Source: Azolla caroliniana
Taxonomy: Eukaryota; Plantae; Polypodiophyta
Reading direction: 5' to 3'
DNA length: 64,000 nucleotides
Assembly: GCA_043228905.1 (NCBI GenBank)
Contig: JBHGNT010000008.1
Span: 13,516,001-13,580,000 of the forward strand
The notes under the pieces were generated by a model that worked only from the letters and a program-made list of their open reading frames with translations, made no database searches and was not told the DNA's origin. Below, one piece after another: positions 1 to 13,000 of this stretch. How positions within the stretch are numbered: the first letter of the stretch is position 1; every line of letters starts with the position of its first letter. A program made the position numbers and the translations under genes.

Positions 1-1694
1 TCATCCAAATGGATTAAGTCAAGCTTGTTATGGCTCCGGTTTTGTTCGGTGTTGCTTCCCGAGTTAGCAGGCTTCACATATTTGGGCCTTCTGGTCACTG
101 AATTTCGGCAATCTGAGAACAACCTATTTCTATTGTAGATCTTGAAGCCTTCGATAGTTGACGTGGTCGATTCTCTTGTGCAAGAGATTGATGTCTGATT
201 CAGTCTTCTGTCCTTTGGCAAACATAGCAGTGCCGACGTCGATGGTGTCGAGGATGAACATCCTCCTGTCTCTACGCCCTTGCGCAATTATCCGGCCTTC
301 TTCCTCGATGAAGCACTCGAGGTGCGTAAACCGCAACTGCATTCCCTGGTCAACGATTTGTCCGATCGACACTAGGTTCTTTGTGATTGTCAGAACATGT
401 AGTACGTTAATCAACTTTTCCTTTTATCCAGCATGGCTTAAGGGAACTTCTTCGACATGCACAATCGGGTGAGGGGTGTCATCTCTGGTTTCGACGATTC
501 CTGGTTGTTCTGGTTTTTGCAAACATGAGGACCACTCTTTGTGGCTCATCATGTGGTTTGAGGCTCCCGAATCAACATACCATACTTCCTCCACTTTGGA
601 AGTAGTCTTCTTCATCGAGTTAGCCCTGTGCTTCATCACAAAGGTTGGCCCCTTTCCGGTTTTCCTAGTTCTGGATCCTTCCGATCGTTCTACGTAGTGC
701 GAGCTTTGCTGGTTTCCCTGTCCGGCCATGCCGGATCTGGATTTGTCTGAATCGGCTCACTTCTTCCAACACTCGCTTTCTCTATGGCATTTCTTGCCAC
801 AATACTAGCATTCCGTGTCGGCCTTCCTTTGCTGGTTTCCGGCGCCGTTTTCACTCCCCCTGCTCATGGAGGGTCCAAAACTGTTATCGGCATTGTCTTG
901 GTGCCTTCGATTCTGCTCTTGTCGACCGTCTCCATTGCATGTCGATCCACCTCGTCCTCCAAGCCCACCAGGCTGGTCCGCCTCCGTGTACAACATCCGG
1001 TTGTCCGGCTGAGTGTTCCTCGACCCACTTGCGTGGTTTTTTTCGACCATCAGCATTGATTGTAGGTTGAAGAAAGACGGTGGCTTCTCCCAGGTGCAGA
1101 TCGTCATCCGGATTGGCCTGTACAGTTGTGCTAGAACACCAAGCAAAATTTGTACCACTTCGTCTTCGTCCACCGTCACATTGATGGACCTGAGCGTGTC
1201 ACAAATCTCTTTTATTTTGGTGGTCTACTCCGTAACAGACATATCTCTCTATCGGATGTTGTTCAGGTCTTGCCGGAGCTACAACTTATGAGTTGTGGAA
1301 CTTGCGGCGAAAATCTTCCAAAGATTTTCCTAGGCCTCCTTAGGCGTTTTTGCATCCTTGATGTAGTCGAGCATCTGATCGTGCACACAAGATGCGAGGA
1401 AGTACAACACTCTACTCGCTCCTTGCTCCAATGTTGGGAAGTCCTTGTGTGTCGGCTCCGCCGGTACATTGTTCGTTCCTTCCACATAGCTACAGTAACC
1501 ATGCCCCAATAGGTACTAGTGCATTTTATATGGCCAAGATGCATAGTTGCTCCAGTCGAGGTTTTCTGTGGGAAGCGAACTTGCCATGCCTCTGTCCATC
1601 TTGGTTCTCTTCTATTCTTTACCGGGTGTTAGGGTTTGTCTTCAAAAGTGTTTGTCGGCTATAGAGGAGTCTCAGCCCTCGCGCTTTGATACCA
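1..1694 (-). pseudogene. Ty1/copia internal relic (gag, protease, pre-integrase), runs off the window start
   Basis: Fragmented ORFs contain WYVDSGASNHM (protease) and LHKRIDHVN (GAG-pre-integrase). They are collinear with the copia at 56405-62216. A Met PBS (gctttgatacca) lies at 1683-1694. Confidence 0.9.
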
Positions 1695-2067
1695 TGTGAA
1701 AGTTAATATGTGGAAGCATATGACAAGCCGGCTCAGCCGGATACCAACAAGACGTAGAGAAGAAAGTTTAATGGAGACCTTACATAGAGAATACACGGGA
1801 GAGACAGAGAGAGTAGAACCTAAAACGCGATTATATAATAATAATCATTTGTACATAGAATGTGCTCAGAGAGTACTGATAGGTACTTCAATGCTCATAT
1901 GAGCGATTGCCATTGACTCCCAAAAATATGCCTACGTACTAGGCTGGATCCGTAGGCCTCTAATGGCCTACCAGTTTCAATCTGATCTGGCTCTTCGTTC
2001 TAGATACCAATCCAATGTTGGCCTACTTAGCTGATCTGGATCCGGTTGAGCTTTTGCTCGCTAAACA
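1695..2067 (-). mobile_element. 5' LTR of the copia relic
   Basis: TG...CA ends, abuts the PBS, and shares gtacttcaatgctca and tccggttgagctt with the LTRs at 56405 and 61861. Confidence 0.8.
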
Positions 2068-2099
2068 GGGTGCCATAGCTAACTAAGCTTAGATCCAAG

Positions 2100-2312
2100 A
2101 GCCCCGTGCGGCAGATACACTTAGTTTTAGAGTGTTGTATTGTGTGATATCACCTTGTATTTCTCTTTGTATTGTGGAATCTGTGTTCCCGTGGTTTTTC
2201 CCCATTTAGGGTTTCCACGTAAATCACTGTGTATTGTGCATTTGTTGTTTTCACGTGTGTTGTGTATTTTCGAGTTAATCTTTCTCACAGATTTGAGGAT
2301 TGATTCTCAACA
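2100..2312 (+). mobile_element. Partial copia-type LTR (U5 half)
   Basis: cccgtggtttttccc..tagggtttccacgt matches the U5 of the LTR at 19208. Ends in tcaaca. Left edge is approximate. Confidence 0.55.
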
Positions 2313-2363
2313 AGGGTTAATGTAGAGGAGGCAAAGTCTTTGCCTAAATGGCTATTTTAGACT

Positions 2364-2564
2364 TTGCAAGATAGCAAATTAGATGTTCCTTTGTCATACC
2401 GTACTCGTTCAGGTTCTCATAGTGCTTCTTTTGCATCGGATTGTTATGCTATGGCTGCCCTTGGTCTTTGTGATGAGAATGAACCTATTTCTTTTGATAA
2501 AGCACAAAATTCAGAAAATTGGATGGTTGCTATTCAATCAGACTATGATGCCATATTAGAATAA
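2364..2564 (+). pseudogene. Copia fragment just upstream of the RT domain
   Basis: EPISFDKAQNSENWMVAIQSDYDAI resembles the copia EPxSxxEA...W..AM..E..AL motif. Confidence 0.6.
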
Positions 2565-2569
2565 CAATT

Positions 2570-2765
2570 GTAATACAAAGAATATTATTTTCATTTATTA
2601 TTTCATTATAGAAAATTCATGTATATTCTTGATTAATCTTGAACATTTTAGAAACATCAGGAATACTCCTGATAATACTAGAAATAGAGGGATATGGCAC
2701 TAGTCAGAAGCCTCTTAGCTATCCTTGTACTCTTTTCATACTTCTCTTTTCATACTTCTCTCTCT

Positions 2766-2804
<39 letters not shown>

Positions 2805-2857
2805 TTCTCTCATAGTGTCTCTCTCATCTCTCTCTATATCTCATACTAATTCTAATA

Positions 2858-2901
<44 letters not shown>

Positions 2902-3278
2902 TCTATCTCTAGTACTAATCCTCTCAATCTCTAGTACTAATCTTGGCAGTTTGAACCGAATTTGCCTTCTTATCAATCCTTCCTCTAGTGTAAAAATGGC
3001 AATTTTAAGCGCACAAGAATATCAATCCATCTTTTCAAAGCTTCCATGCTGGAAGGAAAAGTTTGTAGCATTGGAACAAGAAAATCAATGTTTGTTGGGG
3101 GGATCTTCAAGAAATCACATTAGAAAAGCAACAAACGCAACAACAACACGGGTATTTGGCCTTAGGAGTGCAACAACTAGAAGAAATTATCGTGTCGTTA
3201 CAACAACAAGAACCAAGTACTCAAGGGATTCCGAAAGAACCCAAGATTGGTCTTCCCATGGAATTTAATGGAACGCGA
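2570..3278 (+). mobile_element. Tcn1-like chromovirus relic: partial LTR (to 2948), PBS gtttgaaccga, gag N-terminus (from 2996)
   Basis: MAILSAQEYQSIF...KFVALEQENQ is homologous to the gag at 33806-34957. The (CT)n-rich LTR is the reverse complement of the 35031 LTR family. Confidence 0.85.
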
Positions 3279-3873
3279 TGTTGAGAGACTAGCACAACAT
3301 GGGCCGAATTGGCTGAAGAAGCCTAGAGCTGAATCGATTGGAGACTGATTGACTAGGCCCGAATCAGCTGAAGAAGCCCAAAGCCAAGAGCCGAATCAAA
3401 TAGAGTACGATTCGGGTGTGCCGAGTCAAAGGGAATTTGATAGACCGTTAAGAGCCTATATTCCTATTACAGTAAATAGGAATACTATAGGCAGAATTAG
3501 TGTCAAGCTCATTTATGAGCATTCAAGTATTGACGGAATTTGTGTCAGCCCACTTGGCAGGGCTTGTATATAAAGTGCACTCTGAGCACTGTTGTATGTA
3601 CTATTGTCTGCTCCATTCAGTCTCCCTCTCTCTCACATTCTTTGTGTTTACCTAACTACTGTATTTCCGAATCATCGAATCACCGACTGTGTGCTAGGTG
3701 TTTATCGCATATGCTTCCATACACGTAACTTTTACATGGTATGAGAGCGCGCGGGTTGAGAATCTAGTGTAGCCGACAGAAAAGCAAGCGAACAAGATAG
3801 ATATAAGTTTCTCGGTTTCGGAACAGAAAAGACAGGAACATGGACAAAGGAATGGGAAGCTCGCTTGCGATGG
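3279..3873 (+). mobile_element. Copia 5' LTR (3279-3736), Met PBS (3737-3748) and leader, inserted in the gypsy gag
   Basis: tgttg...ttaca ends followed by tggtatgagagc. LTR motifs are shared with the 1695 and 56405 family. Confidence 0.8.
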
Positions 3874-5475
3874 TGCCCTAGTGTACTTCGTACATTATGT
3901 GAAATATGTATGGAGTACTCGATTAAATAAATATAAAGAATAGAAAAAAATACTAAAACATATGTTACATGCATAGGGCAAGATTCAAACCTTATACCTC
4001 CATGTTAATAATTTGAAGCCCTCCCATTACACTAAACATTATGAGTGTTAAAAAAGTAGATATCCCATATGTAAAGGTTATTTCACGCATATTTTTTCTA
4101 GGAAAAACCTTTAGTTAAAAGAAAAATGCATGATCGAAAAGCTATTCATGCACATCTCACGTGTGCATGAACACTATTCTTAGAAGAAAAAGATTCATGC
4201 ACATCTAGTGTAAATGAAGACTTTAGAAAAAGCACGATGCTTACTATGTGGTAGACTATACTAAAGTCTCTCCCATCACTATATAAGGGTGGGGAGCAAA
4301 TTGTAATAGGTGGTTGATTGTTGGGTTTTATTAATATTTCTAAATATTGATCTAATTTATTATATCCGTGTGATTCACGATTTTCAATCCATCGTTTCTA
4401 ATCTATTCTAATTTACTATTAGGATTCTAAGTGTTGATTACTCTAATACAATACACTCGTGGGATTCACGAGGTTTCTATCTCTCTCTTACAATCTATTC
4501 ATAACTAGATTCATCTCAAATTCTTCCTCTCCTAGTCCAAAACCCCAACGGTTCCCACCCAACTCATGCAACAATCTGGCGACGAAAGGCACAACACATT
4601 TGGTGAATTCGACGTGAAGACGTGCGTGCGGTAAGGAGATGGAGAATAAACAAGAGGCTAACAACATGATGACGATGTTCGAGTGGATGCTACAAGAACA
4701 ACGTGCGATGTTGGAGATTGTGCAACGGAACAAGCAATTGAACGGGAAGGATGTGTTGCGTTATTTGTGGGACTACAAGGCGAAGATGCTACACTGCGGA
4801 ATATTGGAAAGATTGAAAGTGATATCCTTCAATCGAGTGGCTATAGATGGGCTTCAAGGGAGTAGCCACGAGATACGACAACAAAATCCGACAAGAAGCG
4901 CTGAAGACTATGTTCGCTATCGAGGACTCCTCCAAGGCAACGCGGAGAGGATTCAAAGATTGGATGGAAACACCATACAGTGGGATGAAGGTCCTCGATG
5001 TGTTTTCGGTGTTTGAAAGTCAATTCTGGAGGCTGTCCGTGAGAGATCAAGCTATCCTCGGACTGGACAAAGTGATCATGTTCTTACTAGCCATGGATGT
5101 CCGGGACCGAAAAGATCTTGGAGTGCTTCTTGAGGATACCACTACTGAGAGTGGCCTCACCAATACATGGGAAATTGTGTGCGACATCGTTGCACGATAC
5201 ACAAAGAGGGGGCAATGGCTTGGTAATGAAGAAAAGAGGGTTTCCGAATCCAAGAGCCAGATTGGAAGACCATCAACCATGGGCTCGGGAGACTATGACC
5301 GAGAAGGAAATCAATGCAACCACGGTGGAGCAGTTGCTGAAGGAGATGGAGAATCTCAAAATCGCGATGGTGAAGAAGTTGGAAGACCGTTCCACAAGTT
5401 CCAAGTATATGGACCGTCGATGCATATGGTGCGACAACACTGAAAATGATCGGAAAGATTGCGATAAGCACAAAA
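3874..5475 (+). mobile_element. Ty3/gypsy relic: 5' LTR (3874-4596), tRNA-Trp-type PBS (4601-4618), frameshifted gag
   Basis: The LTR is homologous to the solo LTR at 53248-53912. PBS tggtgaattcgacgtgaa is 16/18 identical to the complement of the plant tRNA-Trp 3' end as recalled (TGGTGAACCCGACGTGAA). Gag ends in a degenerate knuckle, CIWCDxxxNxxxxC. Confidence 0.75.
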
Positions 5476-5762
5476 CACTGGGTCATTCGAAACAGGTAAT
5501 ATGTCGCAATTTAAGAACAGTCCGTCCAAAAAAGGCAGAAAGTAGGTCATTTCACAAAAAGGACCATCGCATGCATAAAGGGTTTTAGAAATTGAATCAA
5601 AATATATTGATTTATACCATATCCAAAGATTTAGGGCTTCCAAAAAATGCCCCTAATAATCAACACGTGAAATTTACAAGAGAACGTACAAACATTACAA
5701 TATGACTAACATGTATATTTATACATATTTGTGAATCGCCATATTGATGTAACATACAATAT

Positions 5763-8700
5763 TTACATTTCATATATGACATCCATCACTTCCCAGAGAT
5801 ACGCCTTCCCCTTTAGACCCACCCGATGAACTAAAAGAGCTTTGTGAGGTCTCATCCTCATCGGCACTAGCAACCAATGCATTGTCCTCATCCAATTGTA
5901 ATCCAATGTCATCGTGATGATGAGACATACTCCTTGTTCGTCTCTATGTTGTGTCAACAAGCACATATGGTAGGTTCTCTTTTATTATCTTGATTGTAGT
6001 TTGCTTAGATGGCCTGTTTTGGTCAAGGAGAAGTCATACACGAGTATGTCCACATTATCAAGTGCTAGAGTAGACGTTGTCGCGAAAATACGACGAGGAT
6101 ACATGAACTTGAGGTAGGACCCCGGGGCCTCCGACCAGAGGATATCAGATTTGTATGTTTATGTACTAAGAATTACCCGAAAAATAAGAAAGATTGACAA
6201 ATTTCGTTAACAAAGGAAAAGAAAGATTACAATCAATCCCAAGATTGGGATTCAGAAGTTTAGGTTTACTAAGTTTAATAGAAAAGAAAAATTAGGGGTT
6301 TTGAAACTAAGATACGGATTCTATAGGAAAATTATATGGCTTTTGTAGGGAAAATTAGGGTTTTTGGCTTTCGTATGGAAATTAGGGTTTATGAGAGATA
6401 TGGCTTCCGTAGGGAAAATTAGGGTTTTTGGCTTCCATAAGGAAATTAGGGGTTATGAGAGATATGGCTTTCGTAAGGAAAATTAGGGTTTATGGCTTCT
6501 GTAGGGAAAATTAGGGTTTTTGAGTGTTATGGCTTCGATAAGATAAGGGAGCTAAGAAGGAAAAGAAAATAAAAATGGAGAGAGGATCTCAGTGTAGGAA
6601 AAAAAAATGGAATATATATGGAGTTCTCCGTTGGTCATATTCATAGCCTTTCCACTTTTTGTTGCATGGCCTCTACTTTTAGTTGCATAGCTTTTTCTTT
6701 TAGTTGCATGGATTTTTCTTTTAGTTGCATGTGACCGTCCACATGACCTTTACTTTAGTTTTCTTCACTTCATTTTAATTAGCCACATGATCTTGTTATC
6801 CATTCGGTTTGCGTCCAACCTCATTCGGTCGCCGATTGCTGCCGCCTCACCGGCTCCGCCGTCGGTTCCGGTTTGCTTACCGGTCAGTTTTCGATTTTGC
6901 TTACCGGCCAGTTTCAGTTTTGCTTACCGAACGGAACTGGCTGCTAAGAAAATTCGGAAACCGACCGGTAAGCAAACCCTAATTTCCTTACGGAAGCCAA
7001 AAACCCTAATTTTCCCTACAGAAGCCATATAATTTTCCTATCGAATCCATATCTTAGTTTCAAAACCCCTAATTTTTCTTTTCTATTAAACTTAGTAAAC
7101 CTAAACTTCTGAATCCCAATCTTGGGATTGATTGTAATCTTTATTTTCCTTTGTTAATGAAATTTGTCAATCTTTCTTATTTTTCGGTTAATTCTTAGTA
7201 CATAAACATACGAATTTGATATCCTCTGGTCGGAGGCCCCGGGGTCCTGCCTCAAGTTCACGTATCCTCGTCGTATTTTCGCGACAACGTGCTTGGTAGA
7301 TTCTTTCTTCTCCGCTTTCTACTTGTGCCGTTGACATCCTTAACCATCTCTAAAGAGTACTTCCTAGTAAATGCATCTTTGGAAGAGGTATGATACCAAT
7401 GAACCATAATAGACTTTACTTGATTGCCTTCATTTCAATGATTTTGGCAATCCAGAAGGGATGACCCAACTTATCACCCCCAGCTAATGTTGCAACCAAC
7501 ATCTAGATTGCCTTGCCACCTCACCTCTGCAACATGCGATAATCTTGGTCCCACGTAAATATCTCTTTGTCGTGGACGAACTATATTATTCAATTCAAGA
7601 TTATCTAGTGGTTTTAAAGGAGTTGTGCTCGCCATTGATGGGCCACCAAATGCCCATTCAAATTGATTTTGTAGTGGCTAGTACCTTGTAAAGTGGTTAT
7701 CTAATATTGTATGTTGATGATTAAAGAAGACATCCCACCAATCCACATCCTGATCAGCAACGTACTTTTTGGTTTGCTCAATATTTTTCTGTTTTTCCTT
7801 AAGGCACCGCATCCAATATATCTTTTGGTCTTCAGTTGAACTACCAACTACCAATCTTTTATGGTCATCATAGGGCATTTGCTCAACACCATAGATTATT
7901 GCATCTAGGAAATGCAATAAGAGCCTACATCCATCTTGTGGCTCCCATTGCGAACTAGATGAGTATTGTTTGGCATACAACATGGTCTGGTTGTGACTGA
8001 CCACACTTTTTTGGATGAGGAAGACGTGGTTAAAAATTATATTATTAAGCGCAGCAAGAACCCTACATCCAGTCCCATCATCATCCAAACAAAAGCATTT
8101 TGAAATCATATACTTCATCTAAATGTTGCACATCTGGCTTGGGGATATAATCTTCAGTGATCAACCTTGATAGAATAGGAAGTGTGAAAGCATCGCACCT
8201 CGCTAATTTCTTGGAGAACCTACTAAACATTTGATCTCTGTGATCATGTGTATGAACAACTAACAAGAAGTCGGCCTTAATCTTTTTGAAAATACCCTTG
8301 TCTACTAACATGTTAAAATAGCCAAACACAGTTGAGTTCTGGTTTTCTCTCGCCATGTTGTCAAGTTGCACGTATAGTACTGGTGGGAGTAAACCCTGCC
8401 AACTATGCAGAACTCTTTGCATGATTATCATTATAAGATTAGGGTCATTGTAAGATAAGTTAGGAACACTTGAGGCCTTATTGTCTGACAATAAAGAAGA
8501 CATCCTACTAAGTGCATCTGCACTAGGCATCCATCTCCAACATCGTTGGGCAACCTTCAAAAATGTGGCAAACAAGTTTTCTTCTGATCCATCCCATCTA
8601 TACTCAAGCACATATATCTTTCTGGCGATTGAAGCATTTTTTGACGATGGTGCATAGCTTTAGATCTTTCCAACGCCTGTTTTGTTGTAAAACAACTGTC

Positions 8701-9689
8701 TCATGGGCCAGTTTTGGCCTTAAGAAGACGTTAATATATCTTTCTTTCTTTCTTTCTCAATAAATTCTTATATTTTGTTATTTCTTCATTTGTTGTCCCA
8801 CTCTTTGCCATGCTTTTTAAACTCGCGCATATAGAACAAACACCCATCTGGACCTTGCGGAGTATGACCACATTGTTAAACTTCGATCTCCATAACAATT
8901 AAAATGTTGATATTGTATGTGAGGTACACTTTCCAATAACATGTCATGCTTATACGCTTGGTATACCTCATGACTAGTGAAGTTATTTGACAAATGTAAC
9001 CTTCTAGTGGTGGGCATAACATCACATTGCTTCGAGAAATATATCTCCATCCATCTAATGGCATGCCGCCCAATTAGACCCTTAGATGTAGATTTTGTAT
9101 TGTTGAAAGGTACCCACCATCCCTTAAGTAATCGATGTTGAATTCTTTGTAGCCTCATGTTCTTGATGCTATAGGCAATTTTAAAAGAAACTCGACAACT
9201 CTTCATAGTAAGTGAAAGGAAATATTCCACCTATTGAGAACATGACACTGCCAGATGATCCTTCACAAGTTGCATATTGGCAATCAAGAATGAATCTTGT
9301 TCATCGCCATTGAGAGACAAATACTTTTCTCGCAACCCCTACAAGTTTTCCTTTCCAAATTTTGATAGACAAAGGCTCCCACAACATACCTTGCGTATAT
9401 CAATTGCAATTTGGCGACCTGAGCATAGAAAATTATATCGTTTAACGCTCACTTGTCGAGGAACTCTTCGAAAATTTAGAGGCTTATTAACACGGTCGTC
9501 ATCAACATTCGAAAAACTAGACTCATCATGATCTGTATCTACTTTAATATTTCTTATTTTACTTAAGTTAAAAGGCTCTATCAAAAAAAGTGACGTCGAA
9601 CTTTGCTTTCGATCGTCGTTTGACTTTATATGGCACCATTTATTATTAACATGGTTATATTCCTCGATTGAGAATAACAAGTTATCCAA
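5763..9689 (-). pseudogene. Sola1-like DDD transposase pseudogene, interrupted by the TIR element
   Basis: Contains LYVQLDNMARENQN...FLLVVHTHDHRDQMFSRFS (LDN..ENKN / GHT...D type), an upstream Cys-rich region and CDVMP, and many stops and frameshifts. The frame reads KNLPSTSTLALDNVDILVYDFSLTK once 6078-7290 is removed. Confidence 0.7.
6078..7286. mobile_element. Non-autonomous 1.2-kb element with ~310-bp terminal inverted repeats, TGT...ACA ends and ACGT TSD
   Basis: 6078-6389 is the near-perfect reverse complement of 6974-7286. ACGT lies at 6074-6077 and 7287-7290. Confidence 0.92.
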
Positions 9690-10084
9690 TCATTTAGAAG
9701 GCTCAATAAAAAACTAAGAATTTGTACTCGATTTTGAGGACATTTTGAGTAAGGCTAACTAAGATCACAAGAGTCCAAAATAGGCTAAAGTTTAGTTCTA
9801 TAATAAGTGTCATGCCCAAAAGCTTTTTTTTTTAAAACAATTATGCCACAACTAATTAGCTATTTGTTTAGCTAGTTTTTTGTGGGCAAATCATAAGGAT
9901 GGTTTGTAACGAAATTTTATGTTTTATTAGTTAAATACATGCCATTTAATTTATGAGAATACTCAAATATTTGAACTTTGGTTTTTGACATAGTGGAACT
10001 TGGGGAATAGTGTCATCATCTAAGGTCGACTTGAATGTCATCAAATTCCTGATAATCCTGAGTTCAAGTTCGAACTCCAAATAG

Positions 10085-13000
10085 ATGGAGTACTCTGAGC
10101 ACGAACGCAAACGAAGCTCCTACAGCAGCACAAAAACTTGGAGATCGACATTGCACCTTCAGAGCTACAACAGACGACCAATTCAATCCTCGTCCAAGCA
10201 TGTATCAGTTATATATTTATTTATTTATTTATTTTCCTTTCTGATAACTATCTGTAACTTTGGTGCCTATTCATCTTTCCCAAAAATCGAATAGGGTGAA
10301 GTCGTTGGCATCCCAAACAAGGATGTCTTGAAGATCGAGGTGTAGCAGCAAGTGTGTTTTTTATTGAAAAAATTTTGTATTACGGTTGATTTCTGCCTTT
10401 ACTAACGATTAGGGTTTGTGTTTTCCTTAAGTGGTTTAGGGTTTCTGATTACAAATTTCAGGTTACAAGTTGCTGGTTACCAATTTCTAATTACAAATTT
10501 CTGATTATTGTCGCAATGTGTTGTAATTTTGCACCAATTCCCATAACAAATTTTGATTAGGGTTTCTGATTTTTTAAGTGATTGATTTTTGATACATGTT
10601 GAAAAGGACAAATTACAAATTTCTGATTACTATCTCAAAGTGTTGTAATTTTGCACCAAATTCACATTAAAAATTCTATTTTTGCACCAACTTTGATTAC
10701 CGATTTTCTATTTCAGGTGGCTCGTTCCTCCCTATCCTAGAGTGTTGAACTTCCCAAAATTTTGCGAGACAAAGGAGAACGTACACAACATATATGGTAC
10801 GTTGCTTGAGGGTATTGACCCTGTTGTTCTAATAGATAGATTGATTAGTGATGTAGACTGGATGTCAGTATAGGAAGTGCCTAGAGTGAAATGCAAGGTC
10901 AAGCTCAAGCATGTACGATCGGACCTGAACGACGACTACATGAGACTGCACCAGAAAGTACATCAAGAGATCCTAGTCAACAACGAGTTGTCCATTTCAT
11001 TTGCTAGAGCTTTTGCATATGAGTATTGCAAAACACCGAAGGAATATCGTGACCCTGAAATGTACAAGGTAGCTTGGGCAATTTATGGTGAGGCATCGGT
11101 AGAAAGATGCCGGAAGATGGGGAGCTTGCAACAAAAAATGGCAAGATTTTGGAGCATGGCAGTTGATGATGCAACTGCCGACTCACAACAAGCCGGCAAG
11201 GATATGCCACACCTACACACAATGAAAGCCAATGTCGATGATACATGTGAGACATTGATTAGCTATATGCTAAAAAATGTCCATGAAGCTTGTGAGACAT
11301 TGGAGTTTTTAAAGACTGATTTAGAGAAAGCAACATTGGCTGCTGCGATGGAGAGCAAAGTCACTTTGGTAGTTACAACAATCAAAAATAAGATTCAGGT
11401 ACCTATTGTTTTGCTAGTATGTAATATGTTGTAAATAACTTGTACATGAAAATGTGTTACTGAGGCATTATCTGGAATAGGTTGCTCAACATGAGCTTGA
11501 AATTGAGGGGTCGCTGGATCCCTAGCAGAAAATTCAACTGAAGACAGAGATCTAGGTTCTTTCAATGAACCTGGACCTTCTTGGTGTAAATACTGTCCCT
11601 GATTACAATTTGGACAAGCTACAAGTAAGTTAACGATTCCTGTTTCTTGTTGTTGTATCTTCCTCATTAAGGAATAATTAATCGGTAAATTTCTCGGTTG
11701 CGTTGAAGGAACAATATTCCCATCAAGAATAGGTAGTTAGTTGCCTTCAGAAGCAACTACATTTTGTGGAGGGGATGGTAAGGAGCAGACAAGAATTGAA
11801 CTTTAAAATTTTGCTCCCTTACCAAATGAAGGGGAACTAGGAACCGATATATTGACTGTTCAAGCATGTTGCATTGCTTGCGGATTGCGTGTAGAGGACA
11901 AATCTGCTACTCTGCTGGTTCACCTACACACATACCATATCGTTTGTTTTCAATATGCCTGTTGCATTGCTGCATTCTGTTTTGGGGATTGCAGTACAAC
12001 TCTCCCAGATGAGTGGAGAAAAGTAACAGGTAAAATTGTTGCTTGTGACCACAGTGTAGCTAATTAGTTACATCTTTGCTAATTAGGTAAGCCGTATAAA
12101 GTGTGGAAACTATTTAGCTGTTATGGTTGTAGTGTAGTAGCTAATTAGCTGACATATAGTTAATTAGCTACTACCATACTTTAGATGAGTAGCTAATTAG
12201 CTAAGTGGTAGCTAATTAGCTACTACCATACTTTAGGTGAGCAACTAATTAGCTAAGTGGTAGCTAATTAGCTACTACCATACTTTAGTACAATAGCTAA
12301 TTAGCTAAGTGGTAGATAATTAGCTACTACCATACTTTAGCTGAGTAGCTAATTAGCTAAGTGGTAGCTAATTAGCTACTACCATACTTTAGTTATAGTG
12401 GCTAATTAGCTAGTACCATACTTTAGTTGAGTAACTAATTAGCTAATTGGTATCTAATTAGCTACTAGCATACTTTAGTATAGTAGCTAATTAGTTGCTA
12501 CCATATTGAGAAAGAGTAGCTAGTTAGCTAAGTGGTAGCTAATTATCTAGTACCATACCTAGGCAAAGTAGCTAATTAGCTACTATCATAGTCTAGAAGA
12601 ATAGCTAGTTGGCTAAGATGTAGCCGAGTAGGTAATTAGCGACCATGTTGTTGTAGAATCTTGTGGATTAAGGAGGGCGCATGGTGTCCGGTGTTGATGA
12701 CGCTGCAATCGATGAGGAGGTAGCTGCCAACGTGGTTGAAAGTAAGAGTCATGCTATCATATCTCCTTCAGATCAGCTCCACTCTATTCTTTTGGAAGAT
12801 GGTACTAAATTAGGCAACGATGTGAAAAGCCATGAAATATTGGAAACAACATGTAAATCTGAGGTTCACAACAATAGTTTTTTTGAACACTTGATGCAAC
12901 ATTTCTTCGAATCCCAAAACCTTTATTCCACCCTAGCGAGCCCAACTACAGATAATGTCCAAACAAATCCCACTATACTAGAAAAGCTTGCGCAAGACAC

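Noticed and set aside
5477-5500. CACTG as a CACTA-superfamily terminus
   Set aside because: No matching TIR, 3-bp TSD or TnpD-like sequence was found, and the adjacent transposase is Sola-like.
6290-6520. ttagggttt repeats as an interstitial telomere
   Set aside because: These are dispersed single motifs within longer subterminal units, not tandem TTTAGGG.
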